Of a DNA stretch of 42,650 nucleotides, positions 37,362 through 42,650 are shown piece by piece; within the stretch, counting starts at the first letter, position 1, and every line of letters starts with the position of its first letter. The translations under genes and the position numbers were made by a program. The stretch comes from a virus. Its lineage: Duplodnaviria > Caudoviricetes. Location of the stretch: IMG/VR virus record IMGVR_UViG_3300025018_000039, positions 1 to 42,650 of that record, one strand, 5' to 3'. Under the pieces are notes generated by a model, which worked only from the letters and a program-made list of their open reading frames with translations, was not told the origin of the DNA and did no database searches.

Positions 37362-38011
37362 TTAATCTTGCCTTTACGTTGTCCAACTTTACCCATGTTC
37401 ATAAGAACTCGTTGCAAGTCTGTCATAGCTTTATCATCTGACATTATGTCTGTAGTGATCTGTTTAGGTTGTACTGAGGCTGTACCATCTGTAATACGTG
37501 TAACTTTACCTTCTATAACTCTACCGTCTACAGTGCTAGGTTTCTTATTAGTTACTCTAGCCTTAACTATAGAACTGTCTGAACCATTAGCACCTGGACC
37601 ATGAGGGGGATCGTTCTTAGCACCACCTATAGTTGGTTTAGATTTCTTACGTTTAGCTAAGACTTCCTTAAGTGCTAGTCCACCTACAGCAAGACCTGCT
37701 CCCCCTAATATAAAAGGCAACAGGTCGTTAAGTAAGCTTGCATCTGCACCGTTGGCATTTAATACAGCAGCAGCCTCTTCCTCTGTCTTAACAGTAGCAA
37801 GTTGTTCAGCTACAGCGTCAGGATCAGTTACTTTGCCTCTTAGTGACTCTGCTATAGCTGTTGTTTGTATAGAAGGATCAACTGTAGATGTAGTAAACGT
37901 ATTAGTAACGTTGTCAGCAGTAACAGTAGGTGCTAAGTCATTATAACGTAGTTTACCTGTACTACCTGTTTTGACTTTGTTATTAGTGAGTGCTTCTTGA
38001 AGTGAAGGCAT
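37358..38011 (-). CDS. Hypothetical protein with one hydrophobic segment
   Basis: AAGGA RBS; LLPFILGGAGLAVGGLAL followed by a basic tract. Confidence 0.65.
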   Translation of the reverse strand: MPSLQEALTNNKVKTGSTGKLRYNDLAPTVTADNVTNTFTTSTVDPSIQTTAIAESLRGKVTDPDAVAEQLATVKTEEEAAAVLNANGADASLLNDLLPFILGGAGLAVGGLALKEVLAKRKKSKPTIGGAKNDPPHGPGANGSDSSIVKARVTNKKPSTVDGRVIEGKVTRITDGTASVQPKQITTDIMSDDKAMTDLQRVLMNMGKVGQRKGKIK

Positions 38012-38023
38012 GACTAATCCTTA

Positions 38024-38389
38024 TTAAGAAGCTGCACCACCACCATTGCCACTAAGATCAGCTACGAATGTCGTATTAGTAGGTACAGCAGCCGTAAACT
38101 CCTTAAGAAGTGTTATATCATCAGCAGTTGTGGCTCTATTAATGACTTCTACAGTTTCAATCTCTCTAAGACCGCCTCCAACTGCACCGACTTCATCCTT
38201 AACTCTTGCGAATGTTTTAGCAGCAGTATCACCACTAGCAGCACCAATAAGAGTATCGAACAACTCCTTAATCTCACGAAAGCCTTGCTTCTGCATAAGT
38301 ATCTTAATACGATTACGTGCAGGTGTTTTATTAACTAATAGAGAGTAGCCAGCAGGATTGTTGTCGTTAAATAAGCCAGAATAAGACAT
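38024..38389 (-). CDS. Hypothetical protein, first late gene
   Basis: AAAGGT RBS, downstream of the late promoter. Confidence 0.7.
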   Translation of the reverse strand: MSYSGLFNDNNPAGYSLLVNKTPARNRIKILMQKQGFREIKELFDTLIGAASGDTAAKTFARVKDEVGAVGGGLREIETVEVINRATTADDITLLKEFTAAVPTNTTFVADLSGNGGGAAS

Positions 38390-38480
38390 AATATATGTAC
38401 CTTTATATATGTGATGTATTTGTGTGCAGTGTGACCCAAACTTGTCTTACTTGTTGGGGGGTCGTTTAGGTTCCTAACCT

Positions 38481-38508
38481 ATTATACCGCGAGAAAATAA
38501 GCTGTCAA
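38481..38508 (-). promoter_or_regulatory. Main late sigma70 promoter
   Basis: Minus strand TTGACA-N16-TATAAT with AT-rich upstream element. Confidence 0.8.
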
Positions 38509-38846
38509 GCCCCTTTTTTATATTTATTCACTTCCCCGACTAGGCCGTTAGGAATAGTCGGCGTATCCCATTACCCTTTAACTATGTTTCGTTACTCTTA
38601 CAATCTCTTAACTACACCACGTAACAACTACTAACATTTATATAGAGCACGCTACAGCTTAGGTATGTTTAGATTAGATTAGTTAGCATGTTTATACGCA
38701 GCTAAGTTTATTAGAGAGATAATGGAGGGGTTGACCTTATTGCACACCATCCCAAACCCCACTACACCCCACTTTTAATTTCAACCGGGGGGCTAGGGGG
38801 GTCTAGCTACTAGGTAACGTGCACGATCACACACGTAACGACATGC

Positions 38847-38888
38847 TAACACGTGTTAAGAGACTGCCGTGCCGTAACACGTGTTAAG
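38847..38888. repeat. Direct repeat of palindromic TAACACGTGTTA(AG), 2 copies
   Basis: 38847-38860 and 38875-38888 are identical 14-mers, 28 bp apart. Confidence 0.85.
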
Positions 38889-39069
38889 CTGCACCTAATA
38901 TGTTTTTGGATCACGGTTGTTTTGGGTTTGTGCTGTTGTGTAACAGATAGTGGTTGCATTAAGTGACGATGTAGCGTAGTTAGATCATAGTCGCTTTGAG
39001 CGGCGTCACTCCAGCACTGTGTTAATCTAATACAACACTAAGCTGCACTAACTAGAAGGACTTAATAAT

Positions 39070-39237
39070 ATGGCTAATGAAACAAAACTTATGCAGCCTA
39101 GATACAACGAAGTTATGGGTTATTGGTATATAGGTGACTATGGCATAACAATCGCTGACAATTTCGAGACAGAGCAACAGGCTTATGATTGGTTGGTTGT
39201 TAATTACCCTGAACATTATTTAGAAGGGAAAGCTTAA
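39070..39237 (+). CDS. Small early protein (55 aa, not in ORF track)
   Basis: GAAGGACTTAAT RBS; MANETKLMQPRYNEVMGYWYIGDYG... Confidence 0.6.
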   Translation: MANETKLMQPRYNEVMGYWYIGDYGITIADNFETEQQAYDWLVVNYPEHYLEGKA

Positions 39238-39238
39238 C

Positions 39239-39334
39239 ATGAATGACACAGAACTAATCCGCAACATAGTTATAGTAGTATGGTTTATATTGATAAGCTG
39301 TATTGCTGTTAGTTACTTAATAGAAAGGCGGTGA
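39239..39334 (+). CDS. 31-aa single-TM peptide (not in ORF track)
   Basis: AAGGGA RBS; MNDTELIRNIVIVVWFILISCIAVSYLIERR. Confidence 0.5.
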   Translation: MNDTELIRNIVIVVWFILISCIAVSYLIERR

Positions 39335-39335
39335 T

Positions 39336-39364
39336 TTGACTTAAGCGTTAGTATAGTGTATATA
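39336..39364 (+). promoter_or_regulatory. Early sigma70-type promoter
   Basis: TTGACT-N17-TATATA; hairpin 39370-39397 at the predicted +1. Confidence 0.65.
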
Positions 39365-39420
39365 TTACATATCAAACAACAATAGTGTAGTTTGATAACT
39401 TAAATAAAGGACTTTTACTT

Positions 39421-40239
39421 ATGACTAAGAACATACCAGAATATATCGAAACTGCTGCACAAGCTGGTAAGGCTTTGACCAGTGCTGATAATCAGACAGA
39501 AAAGGGCTTGGCTCTCGCTGTTGTGTCTATGCACGATGGCTATAACGTCTTTGAATTTGACTATGCTGTTATTAGAAAGACAGATAAGGATGGCACACCT
39601 ACTGAACAAGACGAACTAGTGACAGCAACCATTGATGACTTGTTCACTCCTATTCCAAGCGAGAATGGTAAGAGTGATAGCAAGGCCAATGGCCAACGTC
39701 TCGCTGCATTTGCCAAGCAATTCTTTGGCATTGACGAGTTGTCACCAGCACAGAACACTTGCATCCGGCGTGCTATGACTATGGTCCATTATCTCCGCCA
39801 TGTCGGTGCTGATTGCGCTATCGTTAAGGGTTCACTCGCTGTTCCCTTTGGCGCTTTCCATCCCGCTCCTAGTGCTGACGCTAGCGAGATTGCTAAAATG
39901 CAATACGAGGCGGTCGCTGACAAGCTTATCCCTATGGATAGGAAGGAAGGACGTTCGCTTAATGCCCTGCTGAAACGTAGCGAAAAGGTGTTGCGCGAAG
40001 ATGGCAAGATGCAAACCGCGAAGCGCAACAGTAAGAGCAAGGTAGCTCCTGCCAAGTCCCTTAAGGATAGTATCGCTTTCTTGAACAAGGAACTGGGAAC
40101 GATCGTGAACAGTGACGAAAGCGATGTTGCGTTGACCGATCAGAACCGCAAGAGCCTGTTTCTTTTGCAGCAGCAGATTGCGGCAATCTTTGAAGCTGAC
40201 CCTATGGACAGTGAGGAACTCGAAACTATTGCAGCTTAA
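39421..40239 (+). CDS. Early hypothetical protein (monocistronic)
   Basis: 272 aa; AAAGGACTT RBS; own promoter and terminator. Confidence 0.8.
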   Translation: MTKNIPEYIETAAQAGKALTSADNQTEKGLALAVVSMHDGYNVFEFDYAVIRKTDKDGTPTEQDELVTATIDDLFTPIPSENGKSDSKANGQRLAAFAKQFFGIDELSPAQNTCIRRAMTMVHYLRHVGADCAIVKGSLAVPFGAFHPAPSADASEIAKMQYEAVADKLIPMDRKEGRSLNALLKRSEKVLREDGKMQTAKRNSKSKVAPAKSLKDSIAFLNKELGTIVNSDESDVALTDQNRKSLFLLQQQIAAIFEADPMDSEELETIAA

Positions 40240-40256
40240 ACCCTGCTAACATTGCA

Positions 40257-40290
40257 GCCCTGTTAGCCAATCGGTTAGCAGGGCTTTTTT
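40257..40290 (+). terminator. Intrinsic terminator
   Basis: GCCCTGTTAGCC-AATC-GGTTAGCAGGGC followed by T6. Confidence 0.85.
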
Positions 40291-40502
40291 GTGCTTATAG
40301 TAAACGTGGTTTATGTTCTTTGCGATACTCAAACTAAATTGATTGGCTACACCCTAAACATGAATTAGACAGCTTCACGAAACGGTGATGCAACATTAAT
40401 TAATTAAATGCTTTCCCTTCTATCTAGCAGCAACAGGCTATATTCTAGTTGCATTTTGCTACACAATCTCTAAACTCTAGGTTATAAGCTTTTGTGGTCC
40501 AC

Positions 40503-40531
40503 TTGACTTAAGGCATGTTTTGTGCTACAAC
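40503..40531 (+). promoter_or_regulatory. Early sigma70-type promoter
   Basis: TTGACT-N17-TACAAC with extended -10 TG; hairpin 40538-40554 at +1. Confidence 0.7.
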
Positions 40532-40588
40532 AAGAATAGACGCTGATAGTGTCTCTTACCTAAAACTTAACTCCTGAAAGGACTTAAC

Positions 40589-40831
40589 ATGACTTCTCAT
40601 AGATCATTGCAAACCATTGCACGTGAAATCACAGTCGATTGGGCTAAAGTTTCACCTTATGCAAAGCCGTATCTTGATGCTATGCACTCCCTTAACTCAA
40701 TTAAAGACAATTACTACGCAGACAGTGCTAAGTCTGTTGTGTTGTATTTCTTGTCTAATGCAGGTTCATGGCGTGGTGAGACGGCTAGACGGATTAAGGG
40801 TGAACTCAATGCTATAATAAAGGAGGCTTAA
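40589..40831 (+). CDS. Conserved early phage protein of unknown function
   Basis: AKPYLDAM...VLYFLSNA..WRGE.ARRIK.EL motif recalled from many phages; GAAAGGACTTAA RBS. Confidence 0.8.
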   Translation: MTSHRSLQTIAREITVDWAKVSPYAKPYLDAMHSLNSIKDNYYADSAKSVVLYFLSNAGSWRGETARRIKGELNAIIKEA

Positions 40832-40832
40832 C

Positions 40833-41102
40833 ATGGTTATAATCACAGATAACGGCTGGACCCTTCACTATACTATAGGTAGTGTTATAGCTGCACCTGT
40901 AGAGGAAGGTGATGAAGTAGATTTGTCTCCTACACTACAAGATATAGTTGTAACTGTTGAAGCTGCTAGTGCTCCTAAAAGGGTGAAAGATACTGGTAGG
41001 GTTGTAGTAAAGTTTGGTGAATATATCCATGCTTACAAACCTAAGACATTAAGTATGGTGTGGGTATCTGCTTCTGGCGGAGTATCTGAACTATTAGACT
41101 AA
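40833..41102 (+). CDS. Hypothetical protein
   Basis: AAGGAGG RBS. Confidence 0.7.
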   Translation: MVIITDNGWTLHYTIGSVIAAPVEEGDEVDLSPTLQDIVVTVEAASAPKRVKDTGRVVVKFGEYIHAYKPKTLSMVWVSASGGVSELLD

Positions 41103-41128
41103 CACGAATAAACTAGAAAGGACTTAAC

Positions 41129-41356
41129 ATGACTTACTTAGATTGGCCTAACGAACGAGGCAACGGCTACAAGATGGATGATTACAAAGCTACAGGACTT
41201 GCAGAAGGTTTTGTAGACCCTGTATCAGACGATCCTAAAGCTGAGATAACTGCTGCTTGGCAATACTTACATGACACTGGACTTGCCTATAAGCTACAAG
41301 GTTCATTTGGTCGTGGTGCACAGCACTTAATTGCAGAAGGGATAATCTTGCCATGA
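41129..41356 (+). CDS. Conserved early phage protein of unknown function
   Basis: AWQYLHDTGLA..LQG.FGR.A..LI..G motif recalled from many phages; AGAAAGGACTTAA RBS. Confidence 0.8.
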   Translation: MTYLDWPNERGNGYKMDDYKATGLAEGFVDPVSDDPKAEITAAWQYLHDTGLAYKLQGSFGRGAQHLIAEGIILP

Positions 41357-41664
41357 CTAATCAAATATCAAACGAACTTCGTGACTACCTACAATCATGG
41401 TTAGATTGGGTTGAAGATGGCGCACCACATGAAAAACCTTATAGCAGAGTACTAGGACTTTGTAATAATGTAGAAAATTATAGTAAAGTTGATTTGTTCT
41501 CTACGAAAGGCATCACAAAGACTGATCTTAATATAGAACTGTGTTCTATGTTTAACGATGCTACTTATCCTTTTGGAACAGCTAATTATTCTTATAGAGC
41601 CTTCGCTGCAATACAACACCTTGACGAAGAGCGCATAGCATGGGTAAAGGAGCAACTAAAATGA
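41353..41664 (+). CDS. Hypothetical protein
   Basis: ATGA overlap; AAGGGA RBS. Confidence 0.7.
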   Translation: MTNQISNELRDYLQSWLDWVEDGAPHEKPYSRVLGLCNNVENYSKVDLFSTKGITKTDLNIELCSMFNDATYPFGTANYSYRAFAAIQHLDEERIAWVKEQLK

Positions 41665-41870
41665 CCTCACATTCCATAACACAACTTAAAGCGTTCGGCA
41701 TTACAGAAGATGATGTTCGATCCGCTACACAGACGCTTGCTAAGCACAATCCTACTACAATGAATGGTTCAGAACGTGTGAACTGTCTCATTGTGCAAGA
41801 TGATGTTCCAGTAAGTAAAGCAACTAAGATTGTAACCTATATAGCAAGGAGTAATCCACTATGTCAGTAG
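41661..41870 (+). CDS. Hypothetical protein
   Basis: AAGGAG RBS before ATG 41661 (ATGA overlap). Confidence 0.65.
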   Translation: MTSHSITQLKAFGITEDDVRSATQTLAKHNPTTMNGSERVNCLIVQDDVPVSKATKIVTYIARSNPLCQ

Positions 41871-42346
41871 ATGATAACAAATGGGGCGACTGGTTCGCCG
41901 GAACTGGCAAGCGGCCAGAGGGCGTGGCTGATAATGAGCCGGTGCAGACGAAAAACTCTGGAGGTCGTATATGGGAAGCAAGAAACTGTGCATGGACCCG
42001 TACATTGCCTTATTACCGCTTCCGTGCTGACCATCCGTTCTACGGCCCGCCACAATGGGTGCTGGATGAAGCGGCGCGGCGGTGTGGCTGGGATGATTGG
42101 GCAAAGGCGCAAAGCGTCTGCTCTAGCGCTTTACAGGAGGCCATCCGAGAACTCGCAAAAGAAATCGCCAAGAACAATCAAGACCCCGACGCTCGGGAGC
42201 GGGAAGAGTGTGCGCGGTTGCTGGATGCTTTTGGTTATGATGAGTTCGCCAAAGGTTTCCGCATTCTCAAGTCAGATGACTTTGGCCGCCGCATAGTCAC
42301 AGAACTCAAAACCATATTGAAGGAGCGAAGATTAAACAACGACTAA
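41861..42346 (+). CDS. Hypothetical protein, GC-rich (likely recent acquisition)
   Basis: AAGGAG RBS; composition differs sharply from its flanks. Confidence 0.7.
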   Translation: MSVDDNKWGDWFAGTGKRPEGVADNEPVQTKNSGGRIWEARNCAWTRTLPYYRFRADHPFYGPPQWVLDEAARRCGWDDWAKAQSVCSSALQEAIRELAKEIAKNNQDPDAREREECARLLDAFGYDEFAKGFRILKSDDFGRRIVTELKTILKERRLNND

Positions 42347-42377
42347 TACAACTTAACTTAAACAGAAAGGACGTAAC

Positions 42378-42650
42378 ATGAATAAACCATCTATCGAAAC
42401 AGCAGAATACAACAAGTTCGTTGATACACTCTCATCTAAGGACTTCCATAAGGATTTGGTCCCAGCTGGAAGGGTAGGAGGACTGTTGAAACAACTCTTA
42501 GAACTTGCAATGGTAACTGATATAGCTAAGAAAGCACTCTTCTACGGTAAAGTTGGTCCAGAAGAAATTGATCCTATACCAGAAGCGTACAAGCAAGGTT
42601 GCATTGACGGTTGGCAAGAGTACATTGACGAAACAGAACGTTCTTACCCT
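42378..42650 (+). CDS. MazG-like protein, N-terminal part (continues at 1-442)
   Basis: AGAAAGGAC RBS; open frame MNKPSIETAEY...DIAKKALFYGK through the overlap. Confidence 0.75.
   Translation, partial: MNKPSIETAEYNKFVDTLSSKDFHKDLVPAGRVGGLLKQLLELAMVTDIAKKALFYGKVGPEEIDPIPEAYKQGCIDGWQEYIDETERSYP
42524..42650. repeat. Terminal overlap copy 2
   Basis: Identical to bases 1-127. Confidence 0.95.

Noticed and set aside
38846-38888. CtrA boxes
   Set aside because: Half-site spacing is 6 nt and the first half-site is imperfect, versus the TTAA-N7-TTAA consensus.
42524-42650. Biological direct terminal repeat
   Set aside because: The length equals a common assembler k-mer and it falls mid-gene, so it is an assembly overlap.

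Overview
The window is a complete, circularly assembled dsDNA phage genome of about 42,523 bp; bases 42524-42650 repeat bases 1-127 exactly. The gene set is podovirus-like and apparently lytic: no integrase, repressor, RNA polymerase or tRNA was recognised. The host is Gram-negative (spanin pair) and tentatively alphaproteobacterial. A + strand arm (39070 through the junction to 14328) carries early genes, a MazG-like protein, HNH, a Cas4-like nuclease/Sak4/SSB recombination module, a RecD-like helicase, a dNMP kinase, a UDG-fused family A polymerase and an MCM-like AAA+ helicase. A - strand arm (38389 to 14325) carries packaging, head, tail, lysis and ejection genes. Most notable: (1) the 3' UTR of the capsid operon carries two anti-Shine-Dalgarno seeds, one complementary to the motif shared by many early-gene RBSs and one to two late-gene RBSs, suggesting an sRNA translational switch; (2) no primase, but a PolA(His762)-small protein-helicase operon resembling SCCmec CCPol-MP-Cch2; (3) an H-type pseudoknot upstream of the SSB gene, analogous to T4 gene 32 autoregulation; (4) a ~245-nt highly structured intergenic RNA. 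All product calls come from motif reading by eye; no searches were run.
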